Assembly (NCBI GenBank): GCA_903847975.1
Contig: CAINFC010000079.1
Location: forward strand, 75,847-139,846
Direction: 5' to 3'
From: an uncultured Acidobacteriota bacterium
GTDB lineage: Bacteria > Acidobacteriota > UBA6911 > CAINFC01
DNA: 64,000 bases
In this document: positions 37,121-45,567 of the stretch, in pieces
Numbering within the stretch: the stretch's first letter is position 1
Layout: every line of letters begins with the position of its first letter
Notes under the pieces: model-generated
Database searches by the model: none
Told to the model about the DNA's origin: nothing
Seen by the model: only the letters and a program-made list of their open reading frames with translations
Program-made: the position numbers and the translations under genes

Positions 37121-38284
37121 ATGTGCCTTTACGATCTGAATGCGTTTTTACGCCTGTCTGCCGCTCTGAACTACCAGCTCAGCGCCGCCGCAGTGGGCCG
37201 GCAGAGCGTGCTGGATACGATTATGGGCGGGAAGCCCATACCCGCGGGTGCCAAAAAGCTGTTCGCCGACGCCCTGGATTACCTGCAGATGGCGTATGCC
37301 CCCAAGCGAAGGCGTCTGGGCCCGATGGCCATCCTGCACCCCCTGCGCGCCACCGCCCTGCTGGCGCGCAGCTCGGCGGAGCTGGACGTCGCCGACCTGC
37401 TGAGCATGATGCTGCACGACAAGATGGAGGATCTGACCTCGGAAAAGTACGAACGGGATTACTGGGAGCAGATCGAACAGCGCTTTGAAAAATTTCTCCG
37501 GAGAATGGACGAGCAGGCCCGCTGGTTTCTCATGGAGCGGATCGACTTTCTGGCCAAAAAGAAAAAAGACACGTACTACGCCTATATCGGCCGCCTGGTG
37601 GGGCAGGCCACCCGCACCCCCGAGCTGATCCGGGTGAAGCTGGCCGACCGCCTGGACAATACGCTGGACATGCGCATCGAAATCCAGGACCCGCTGGAGG
37701 GAGTGGACTTTTACGAGCATATGTTCCAGCTGTTTTTCGTGAACAGCTACCGGGGTTATGTTCCGTGCCTGGAGCACCCTGCCCCGGCGCCCATCGACGG
37801 GGCGCAGCGCATGTACGAGCTCTTCAAGAACGTGGTGACCCTGTCGCTGATCCGCCAGCAGAAAGCCATCCGGGAGGATGACGTGGCCCAGAAACTGTTC
37901 GACGCCATCTGCCATGCCAGCATCCGGGAGGCGCAGCGCGTGGTCATGCACGTCTTTGGCTACCATTACAAAGAGGTCCGGGACCAGCGCCAGCTTCTCC
38001 TGGAGGTCCTGGAATACTGCCGCCGTGGCGGCGTGCACGCCGTGACCGAGGTCGACGAAAGGCAGAGGCTGGATGGTTTCATCATCGAGCGCTTCGACCA
38101 CCACAGCTCGCCGGCGCGCCGCAAGCAGCTGGAATCGCTCTATTCCGACAAGGAGCTGATGGTCGAAGGCGCCCTGGCCTTTATCGTGATTTTTCTGAGC
38201 TTTCTCAACGAGCCGAACTTTTTCCTGAACGGCATCAGCGCCGACGGAATTTACACCATGCCGCGCACCTCCACCGCCAGCTGA
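37121..38284 (+). CDS. HD-domain protein related to the RelA/SpoT (p)ppGpp hydrolase domain, with a C-terminal extension
   Basis: LGPMAILHPLRATALL ... LLHDKMED ... KLADRLDNTLD corresponds to the SpoT HD motifs (HPL, HD..ED, ADRLHN). The start is uncertain: an ATG at 37223 is alternative because a terminator-like hairpin ends 10 nt before 37121. Confidence 0.7.
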   Translation: MCLYDLNAFLRLSAALNYQLSAAAVGRQSVLDTIMGGKPIPAGAKKLFADALDYLQMAYAPKRRRLGPMAILHPLRATALLARSSAELDVADLLSMMLHDKMEDLTSEKYERDYWEQIEQRFEKFLRRMDEQARWFLMERIDFLAKKKKDTYYAYIGRLVGQATRTPELIRVKLADRLDNTLDMRIEIQDPLEGVDFYEHMFQLFFVNSYRGYVPCLEHPAPAPIDGAQRMYELFKNVVTLSLIRQQKAIREDDVAQKLFDAICHASIREAQRVVMHVFGYHYKEVRDQRQLLLEVLEYCRRGGVHAVTEVDERQRLDGFIIERFDHHSSPARRKQLESLYSDKELMVEGALAFIVIFLSFLNEPNFFLNGISADGIYTMPRTSTAS

Positions 38285-38293
38285 GGCTGGCGG

Positions 38294-39910
38294 CTATTTC
38301 AGGAAGCCGTGGTAGCGGCCCATCCAGAAGGGAAGCAGGAAGGCGGCGCCGTCCTCTTCCCCGGATCCGCCTCCCTCGCTGTCGACCACGAACGGATTGG
38401 CATTCCATTTGATGGCCGGGCGCTCGTCCGGGGGCAGAAGGGTCAGCGCCTGCCGCTTGCCGAAGCGGTCCGGCTCCTTGGCCCAGAGGATATCCGCGCG
38501 GTGGGAATTGCGCACCGTCCAGAAAATCGTGTCCATGGGCGTGCGGTACAGGGTGCGCACCGCTCCGTCCAGCGGCGGGCAGGCCTTGGGATCGCCGAAG
38601 GCGTAGATGAAGGTCCACAGCGGGCAGTCCTCCCGAACGATGTTCTCCCACCACAGTCCCATCGCCGGCAGAATATACCGGCGGCGAATGCCGTCATCCT
38701 TCTCGTAACGGAGCAGGCTGTAGAAAGGGAGCATGGCCAGCTCTTCATCCGAGTAGTTCAGCTCCTCGCGAAGCTCCTTTAAGCGCAGCATCAATTCAAA
38801 ATAACCGAGCTGCCGGCCGACCTTCTGATACTCCTCTTCGTATCGGGCCTTTCCGGTCAGGTGGGCGGTGGTTTTGAGGAAGCTGAGAAGCTGCATACCG
38901 TTCAGCGGGCCTTCCCCGGGCTCGGTGTCGAAGTAGGCCCGGTTCCAGTGCCCCCACCGCGTGGGCTTGCCGTCCAGGTCGATGAGCTCGTAGCCGTTCT
39001 GCAGGATGTGGTCCATGATCCGGGCGGCGGTCTCCCGGATCCTCTGCTTCAGCAGCGGGTCCGGCAGGAGATCATAGGCCAGCCCGAAAGCGAAAAAATG
39101 CCCGACGATTTCGTCGCTGCTGGTGTCGGCCTTCCAGTAATATTCCCCGTCGGAAGTCCAGTGCCATTCCCCGCCGCGCGGCATGGGTTCTCCTTTGCGG
39201 ATGTAGGACCGGGCGGGAAAGCCGCGCCGGCCGGCAACTTCCTCCAGGAAAAGCATGGCTTCCATCGATTTTTTAGCGGCGGCCAGGGCCTCCGGGGATT
39301 GGGTAACCGCGTAGCGGAAGCACTCCGCGGCGACATAAATGGCGGTCCAGAGCCCGTCGTTGTCGTCGTCTCTCATCTGGTTGGACTGCAGGTCGCCCGG
39401 CCGCAGCAGCCGGGACGGAGAGACCAGGCCGTGGCGGTCGTGGCGCGCCCGGATGCGCTCTTCAAAGTGCTTTGCTTTCTGCTCCAGGGTCATGGGCACC
39501 AGCTCGATGTGGGCCGCTCCGGTCCGGGTCCGCACCCACATGCCGCCCGAGGAGTCGGCCCGGAGGTTGAGGACTTCGTTATCCGGGAGGTACCGCGGTC
39601 CGTGCAGGTACTGGATGCGGTCGCGCGGTGCGGCCTTGGGGTCCAGGCGGGTCAGACCTTCGGACTGCCCCATCCACACCGCGCCGTCCGTGGCCAGGCA
39701 GAGCACCGGGGGATTTCCCAAAGGCAAGGGGGCAGGCGCCTCCATCAGCTCCCGGGGAATCCGGGGGTCGTCAAGAGTGAAAAACTGGCGCATTTTCTGG
39801 GGCTGCGGTACGGTTCGCACCGGAAGGGCCTCCCCGGGCAGGCGCTCCGGGAGGAATCCGAAAGTCAGGCAGAAAGTCGAGGCAGCCGTAAATAAAAAGC
39901 GGTATGTCAT
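38294..39910 (-). CDS. Hypothetical secreted protein, Trp-rich (possible glycoside-hydrolase-like toroid)
   Basis: The ATG at 39910 gives a signal peptide (MTYRFLFTAASTFCLTFGFL). No family was recognised. The upstream part of the ORF-track version is an extension. Confidence 0.55.
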   Translation of the reverse strand: MTYRFLFTAASTFCLTFGFLPERLPGEALPVRTVPQPQKMRQFFTLDDPRIPRELMEAPAPLPLGNPPVLCLATDGAVWMGQSEGLTRLDPKAAPRDRIQYLHGPRYLPDNEVLNLRADSSGGMWVRTRTGAAHIELVPMTLEQKAKHFEERIRARHDRHGLVSPSRLLRPGDLQSNQMRDDDNDGLWTAIYVAAECFRYAVTQSPEALAAAKKSMEAMLFLEEVAGRRGFPARSYIRKGEPMPRGGEWHWTSDGEYYWKADTSSDEIVGHFFAFGLAYDLLPDPLLKQRIRETAARIMDHILQNGYELIDLDGKPTRWGHWNRAYFDTEPGEGPLNGMQLLSFLKTTAHLTGKARYEEEYQKVGRQLGYFELMLRLKELREELNYSDEELAMLPFYSLLRYEKDDGIRRRYILPAMGLWWENIVREDCPLWTFIYAFGDPKACPPLDGAVRTLYRTPMDTIFWTVRNSHRADILWAKEPDRFGKRQALTLLPPDERPAIKWNANPFVVDSEGGGSGEEDGAAFLLPFWMGRYHGFLK

Positions 39911-39920
39911 GTGGGTTCCT

Positions 39921-41294
39921 TCAGGTTTGTTTGGATCCGGGCCCGGAAGATCGGAGCCTGTGTCGGAGGGCGGCCAGCGACTCCATCCTTTCCTTGATCC
40001 GTTTTTCCAGGCCTTCTTCTGTGGGGCGATAGAAAGAGCGTCCTTCCAGGCTGTCCGGCAGGCCGGACATGCCGGAAGTCTTTTCCGGCAGATCGTGCGC
40101 ATACTCGTACCCTTCGCCGTACTGCAGGTCTTTCATGAGCCGGGTGGGTGCGTTCCGCAAATGAAGCGGGACCGGCTGGTTGCGGGTGGTTTCCAGGGTT
40201 TCCCGGACCCGCGAATAGGCGGTATAAACGCTGTTGGATTTGGGGGCCACGGAGAGATAGACCACCGCCTCGGCCAGGGCCAGATTTCCCTCCGGCAGTC
40301 CGATAAAATCGACGGCTTCCTTGGCGGCCATGGCCAGCCGCAGGGCGGCGGGATCGGCCAGGCCGACGTCCTCGGAAGCAAAGCGAACCAGGCGGCGGGC
40401 GACGTAGAGCGGATCGGCTCCCGACTCCAGCATGCGCGCCAGCCAGTAAAGGGCGGCGTCCGGGTCGCTGTTGCGCATCGTTTTGTGCAGGGCCGAGATC
40501 AGGTTGAAATGCTCTTCGCCTTGCTTGTCGTACAGGAAACCCTTGTGCTGCAGCACCTTCTGCAGCAGTTCCGCGGTGATTTCGTCGCTCTCTTCCCCCG
40601 GCCGGAACACGTGGGAGGCGGCCAGTTCCAGGGCATTCAGGGCCATGCGGGCATCTCCGTTGCAGAAATCGGAGATTCTCTCCAGGGCTTCTTCGGAGAT
40701 GCGGACTTTCCAGAGGCCCAGGCCCCGGTCCTCATCCTGCAGCGCCCGGCGCAGCAGACCGGTAATCTGGTCCTGGGACAGGGAATTCAATACATAAACC
40801 TTCATCCGCGAGAGCAGGGCGGAAATGACCTCGAAGGAGGGATTTTCGGTGGTGGCCCCGATCAGGACAATCTGCCCGCTTTCCACGAAAGGCAGGAAAG
40901 CGTCCTGCTGCGCCTTGTTGAAACGGTGGATTTCGTCGATGAACAGAATGGTGCGCTGCCCCTCCCGCAGGAAGGAGAGTTCCGCTTCCTGCATGAGCTC
41001 CTTGATTTCTTTGATGCCCGAGAGAACCGCGCTGAACGAAGCGAAGCGCGACCGGGTCATGGCAGCAATGATGCGGGCCAGGGTGGTTTTCCCCACCCCC
41101 GGGGGGCCCCAGAAAATCATCGAAGGAATCTGGTCCTTCTCGATGGCATGGCGCAGGACTTTGCCTTCGCCGAGCAGGTGCTCCTGCCCGAGGAACTCCT
41201 CCAGGCTTCGGGGGCGCATGCGGTCGGCAAGGGGTCGCTTGCCTTCCTGCCCTTTGGCCACCGGCGGATCGAATAGCGACCTCTGGTGTTTCAT
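39921..41294 (-). CDS. rarA: Replication-associated recombination protein A (RarA/MgsA AAA+ ATPase)
   Basis: FWGPPGVGKTTLARIIA Walker A; ILFIDEIHRFNKAQQD Walker B and sensor; C-terminal MgsA-type helical domain. Confidence 0.85.
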   Translation of the reverse strand: MKHQRSLFDPPVAKGQEGKRPLADRMRPRSLEEFLGQEHLLGEGKVLRHAIEKDQIPSMIFWGPPGVGKTTLARIIAAMTRSRFASFSAVLSGIKEIKELMQEAELSFLREGQRTILFIDEIHRFNKAQQDAFLPFVESGQIVLIGATTENPSFEVISALLSRMKVYVLNSLSQDQITGLLRRALQDEDRGLGLWKVRISEEALERISDFCNGDARMALNALELAASHVFRPGEESDEITAELLQKVLQHKGFLYDKQGEEHFNLISALHKTMRNSDPDAALYWLARMLESGADPLYVARRLVRFASEDVGLADPAALRLAMAAKEAVDFIGLPEGNLALAEAVVYLSVAPKSNSVYTAYSRVRETLETTRNQPVPLHLRNAPTRLMKDLQYGEGYEYAHDLPEKTSGMSGLPDSLEGRSFYRPTEEGLEKRIKERMESLAALRHRLRSSGPGSKQT

Positions 41295-42199
41295 GAAGCG
41301 GCGGAATCCGAAGACGGCCGACAGGTTCGAGTCAGCTCATACAGAAGAAGGGAGCCGGCCACCGCTGCATTCAGCGATTCGGACGGAACCGACATGGGCA
41401 AGGACACCTTTTCGGCGCAGGAACCGAGAATGGCCGGAGAAAGTCCGCGGCCTTCATTGCCGATCAGCAGGGCCTGCGGTCTGTCGAGGGGCAGTGCGAC
41501 GGGCGGACGGCCTCCCTGGGGGACCGCTGCCAGAAGAGGGATCGGCTGTAAAAGCGGGTGCCGGCGAAGATCGGCAAAGGACGGAAAGTGGAGGCAGGCC
41601 AGGTGGAAAACCGCGCCGGCAGAGGCTCGCAGCGCCTTGGGGGCCCACAGGTCGGCGGTGCTTCCCACGGTGATCAAAAGGCTTCCACCGAAAGCCAGAT
41701 GGCTCCTGGCCAGCGTGCCGCAGTTTCCGGGATCCTGCAGATCAACCAGCACCAGGAGGAGCGGGGCAGAGGCCAGGACCGGTGCCAGGGCGGGCAGGCC
41801 GGGGCGGCGGGCCAGGGCCAAAAGGCCCTGGGGCTGCTCGGTGTCGGAAAGCGCCCGCATCACGCGCGCATCGACGCGCCGTGAAGTTTTTGCTGCCGCA
41901 CGAAGGGATCGCAATAGGGGCGCATGTCCGGGGTCTTCGTCCCAGGAGGGTGTCGCCAGAAAGGTCTCGATGCCGATTCCGGCGCGGATGGCTTCCGAGA
42001 GCAGCCGCGGTCCCTCGATGGCAAAAAAATCCTGGCCCCTCGAGCTGCCGTGACCCAATTGCCGCCGAATTTCGGAAATCAGCGGATTGCGTGTGCTCCG
42101 CAGCAGGGAAGAGGAGGACGTTTCCTCTTCCACGCCTGCCTTTCGAGGCTCGGACGGACGTTTTTCCTGGCGCTGGATCATATAGTTTTCTCTGTCCAC
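41291..42199 (-). CDS. TrmH/SpoU family RNA 2'-O-methyltransferase
   Basis: SPOUT motifs (LLLVLVDLQDPGNCGTLARS, LLIGNEGRGLS, VSLPMSVPSESLNAAVAGSLLLYE). ATGA overlap with rarA. GTG at 42199 or ATG at 42181 as start. Confidence 0.75.
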   Translation of the reverse strand: MDRENYMIQRQEKRPSEPRKAGVEEETSSSSLLRSTRNPLISEIRRQLGHGSSRGQDFFAIEGPRLLSEAIRAGIGIETFLATPSWDEDPGHAPLLRSLRAAAKTSRRVDARVMRALSDTEQPQGLLALARRPGLPALAPVLASAPLLLVLVDLQDPGNCGTLARSHLAFGGSLLITVGSTADLWAPKALRASAGAVFHLACLHFPSFADLRRHPLLQPIPLLAAVPQGGRPPVALPLDRPQALLIGNEGRGLSPAILGSCAEKVSLPMSVPSESLNAAVAGSLLLYELTRTCRPSSDSAAS

Positions 42200-42471
42200 C
42201 CCTAATCATAGCAGAAAATGCGCGATGACGTTTCGCGAACGCCATCGCAGTCGCATAGGAAAATCCCTCTTGCCCTGAAACGATGGCCCTTTCAAAAGTG
42301 ACCATCTCGCAAAAAGTCCGAGAAACACCCGCAAACAAGCTTAGGAACGAAAGCCGTTTTGAGTAAAGTCTTCAGACTGCGCGCTGCAAGCAGGTTTCCG
42401 ACTGTCGCGCGCAAGCTAAAGCTTGTACTGAACGCAGAAGACTTGTTGCGAGATTATTAAATTGGGTAAGG

Positions 42472-42566
42472 GGTTCGGTTCTGCCTTCCCGATAGGGACT
42501 TGCAGCGTGCCGGAGCCAACCCGGCAATCAACCGCCGGGCGATGATCCTGCCGCCCCTTACGGGAA
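42472..42566 (-). repeat. Conserved structured element, copy B (inverted relative to copy A)
   Basis: Its reverse complement aligns along about 90 nt with 22384..22476, including the hairpin CCCGGCGGT-tg-ATTGCCGGG. Confidence 0.4.
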
Positions 42567-42708
42567 AAAGAAGGGCTCCCCATAGAGCGGAGTCACCCGG
42601 TGTGTTTATAATCAAGGGGCATGGTTGTGATCCACGTTCCTTGTTTATAAAGAGGGGGCCGGGTAGAAAGGCCTCGATGCTTGGCTTTCGGTTTCTAAAA
42701 GGAAAGGG

Positions 42709-44022
42709 ATGACTGACAAACCGAGGGTGCTGCTGGTCCATCCGCCCATTTATGATTTCAGCGCCTACGACTTCTGGATGAAGCCCTACGGGCTGCTGCG
42801 TGTGGCCGGGAGGCTCCGGGGCCTTTGTCAGCTGCAGAGCTTTGATTTCCTTTGTTCCGATGCGGCCGACGCCCCGCCAGGCGGTACCTGGAAAAGGGAT
42901 GCCTGGAAAAGGGATGCCTGGGGAAGAGGGCCGATTCCCGCCGAAGGTACCGCCAAGCCGGAGATCTTCTCCTTCCTGCCCCGGTATTACCGCCGCTTCG
43001 GAATTCCGAGGGAGTCCTTTCGCGCCTGGCTGGAGGGGCGACCGGCATTTGATTTTGCCCTGGTCCAGACCGGAATGACCTATTGGTACCTGGGCCTGGT
43101 CGAAACCATCGAAGAGATTCGCCGGCGCAGCCGGGAGACGCGAATCGTGCTCGGCGGATGCTACGCCTCGCTATGCCCGGAGCATGCCCGCTCTCTCGGG
43201 GCGGACCTGGTGGTCCGGGGAGGGGAACTGGACCCTCTCTGGCGCCTGCTGGAGCGGGAGGCTCTTCCGGAGCAGAGGCCGTTCTGGGAGGCTTATGCCG
43301 CTCCCGCTTACGGCGTTATGAAACTGGCCGACGGCTGCCCGTTCCGCTGCTCCTATTGCGCCTCCGGCCGTATGCACCCCGGATATGCCGCCCGTCCTCT
43401 GGATTCGGTCCTGGAGGAGTGGGAGCGGCTTCGGAGCATGGGCGCGGCGCATATTGCCTTTTATGACGATGCGCTGCTCTTTCAGCCGGAGAAAGTACTG
43501 ATCCCTTTTTTGAATGCGGTGCTGGCCAGGGGAACGGGCGGGCTGCGGTTCCACACTCCCAATGCTCTCCATGCCCGGCTGCTGACCGCCGAACTGGCTT
43601 CGCTGATGGTGCGCGCCGGCTTCGCCTCCTTCTACCTGGGAGCGGAAAGCATTTCCCCGGAATGGCTGGAAACAAGCGGCGCCAAGGTGTTTCCGGAAGA
43701 GCTGTCGAAAGCGACGGAAATCCTGAAGAACACCGGCGTGCCCGGGAGTTCCATTACCGCCTACCTTCTGCTCGGCCACCCGGCGCATTCCCCGGAAATG
43801 ATCGAGTCGTCCATGAGGTACATCCACCGCCTGGGGATTCGGATCATGCTCGCGGAGTACTCTCCGGTGCCCGGAACCGCAGACGGCGAGAGATACGGGC
43901 CGGCCGTGGCGTGGCAAGAGCCACTGTGGCACAACAAAACCGCCTTTACGGCAAAAATCCTGGGCTGGGGCGAAGTGTGCCGTTTGAAGCACCTCTGCCA
44001 GCAGCTGAACCAGCCGGAATAA
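42709..44022 (+). CDS. B12-binding domain-containing radical SAM protein (class B rSAM)
   Basis: N-terminal cobalamin-binding fold (RVLLVHPPIYDF...YGLLRVAG); CPFRCSYC CxxxCxxC cluster motif. GGAAAGGG RBS. Confidence 0.8.
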   Translation: MTDKPRVLLVHPPIYDFSAYDFWMKPYGLLRVAGRLRGLCQLQSFDFLCSDAADAPPGGTWKRDAWKRDAWGRGPIPAEGTAKPEIFSFLPRYYRRFGIPRESFRAWLEGRPAFDFALVQTGMTYWYLGLVETIEEIRRRSRETRIVLGGCYASLCPEHARSLGADLVVRGGELDPLWRLLEREALPEQRPFWEAYAAPAYGVMKLADGCPFRCSYCASGRMHPGYAARPLDSVLEEWERLRSMGAAHIAFYDDALLFQPEKVLIPFLNAVLARGTGGLRFHTPNALHARLLTAELASLMVRAGFASFYLGAESISPEWLETSGAKVFPEELSKATEILKNTGVPGSSITAYLLLGHPAHSPEMIESSMRYIHRLGIRIMLAEYSPVPGTADGERYGPAVAWQEPLWHNKTAFTAKILGWGEVCRLKHLCQQLNQPE

Positions 44023-44202
44023 AAACGCTGCTTCCTCTCTTTCTGTGGAAAACGACAGGCTGGACGGGCCCTGAAATAGCCGCAAAAAAAACTTGAGGCT
44101 TTCAGCCTATTCATAGTATTTTTAGGCATCGCCGAGGCAGGAAATAAAGCCTGAAAAGGCTATGGGCAAATCATTAACCGATATAAAGGAAGGATTTACA
44201 CC

Positions 44203-45492
44203 ATGAGTACCAAACAAGGCCCGCAGCAGACCCGTCGCTCCTTTCTGAGGAAAACCGCTCTGGCATCCGCGGCCATCGGTGCCGCTCCCTACATGATTAC
44301 ATCCGGCGCCCTCGGGGGCAACGGGCGGCTGCCGGCCAGCGACCGCATCGTGATGGGCGGCATCGGGTTCGGCGGCCGCGGACGGTATGTCATCGATGCC
44401 TTCATGTGGAACTCGGACGTGCAGATGGCCGCCGTCTGTGAGGTCCAGGGAGACCGCCGGGCTGCCGCCAAAGCCATGGTGGACAAGAAATACGGCAACA
44501 GCGACTGCAAGACCTACATCGATTTGCGGGAGCTGCTGGCGCGCCCCGACATCGATGCCGTGGTGATCGCCACCGGCGACAACTGGCATTCCATGGCCTC
44601 CATCCTGGCTGCCCGGGCGGGAAAGGACATCTACTGCGAAAAACCGCTGAGCGTTACCATCGGAGAGAGCCGGGCGGTAGCCGAGACCATGCGTCGCTAC
44701 GCCCGGGTTTTCCAATGCGGAACGCAACGCCGCAACATCGGGAATTTTGTTTTCGCCGTCAACCTGGCCCGTTCCGGCAAGCTGGGCAAACTCCGCGAGC
44801 TGCATGCCGAAAAAGCTACCGGGATGTCCAACATCGTCCGCTTTACCGTTCTGCCCACCGAGCCGCAGCCGGCCCGGGAAGTGATGGACTGGGATTTGTG
44901 GCTGGGGCCGGCCGCCTGGAGGCCCTACAACTCCAAGTACTACACCCGCGGCTTCTGGAGCGACCACGGCGATTTCTCCGGGGCGGCCATCAACGAGTGG
45001 GGCAGCCATACCGTCGATTTGTGCCAGTGGGCCAACGATGCCGATCACACCGCCCCGGTGGAGTACGAGATCATGAATGAAAAATTCGATGTCGTGGCCC
45101 GGTACGCCAACGGCACGCGGCTGGTCATCCGCACCGGGATGCGCTTCGGGTCCTGTCCGGTGCGCTTCGAGGGAGAGGAGGGCTGGGTGGAAACCGGCGA
45201 CTCCGGGCAGATCGAAACCTACCCGGCCTCCCTGCTGCAGGAAAGAAAGTTTCTGGGAGGATACCCGGCCGACAACCATGTTCGCGAATTCCTGGACTGC
45301 GTCAAATCCCGCCGCCAGCCCATCGCCACCGCGGATGTCGCCCATCATGCCATCACCGCCTGCCACGCCGCCAACGTCTGCGTCCGCCTGGGCCGTCCCG
45401 TCAAGTGGGACCCGGTGCGGGAGGAATTCGTCGGCGACGAGGAGGCCAACCGGTTGCGGACCCGGCCCTACCGGCAGCCCTGGAGGCTGTAG
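44203..45492 (+). CDS. Gfo/Idh/MocA family oxidoreductase with a twin-arginine (Tat) signal; glycoside 3-dehydrogenase-like
   Basis: RRSFLRKTALASAAIGAAP Tat motif; GGIGFGGRG Rossmann; EKPLS motif. Confidence 0.85.
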   Translation: MSTKQGPQQTRRSFLRKTALASAAIGAAPYMITSGALGGNGRLPASDRIVMGGIGFGGRGRYVIDAFMWNSDVQMAAVCEVQGDRRAAAKAMVDKKYGNSDCKTYIDLRELLARPDIDAVVIATGDNWHSMASILAARAGKDIYCEKPLSVTIGESRAVAETMRRYARVFQCGTQRRNIGNFVFAVNLARSGKLGKLRELHAEKATGMSNIVRFTVLPTEPQPAREVMDWDLWLGPAAWRPYNSKYYTRGFWSDHGDFSGAAINEWGSHTVDLCQWANDADHTAPVEYEIMNEKFDVVARYANGTRLVIRTGMRFGSCPVRFEGEEGWVETGDSGQIETYPASLLQERKFLGGYPADNHVREFLDCVKSRRQPIATADVAHHAITACHAANVCVRLGRPVKWDPVREEFVGDEEANRLRTRPYRQPWRL

Positions 45493-45567
45493 CGCCCATC
45501 GGCTTTTAGCAGCGGGGTGCAGGAGAAAAAACGGAATGTTTCCAAGCAAGCGAAAAGGGGAATCGTA

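Noticed and set aside
42500..42712. Small basic ORF ending in an ATGA overlap with the radical SAM start, considered as a RiPP precursor peptide
   Set aside because: The strongly basic, low-complexity translation overlaps structured element copy B and has no leader/core organisation or Cys/Ser/Thr-rich core. The rSAM gene lacks a SPASM or RiPP-recognition domain. It is more likely a spurious ORF across a structured non-coding region.
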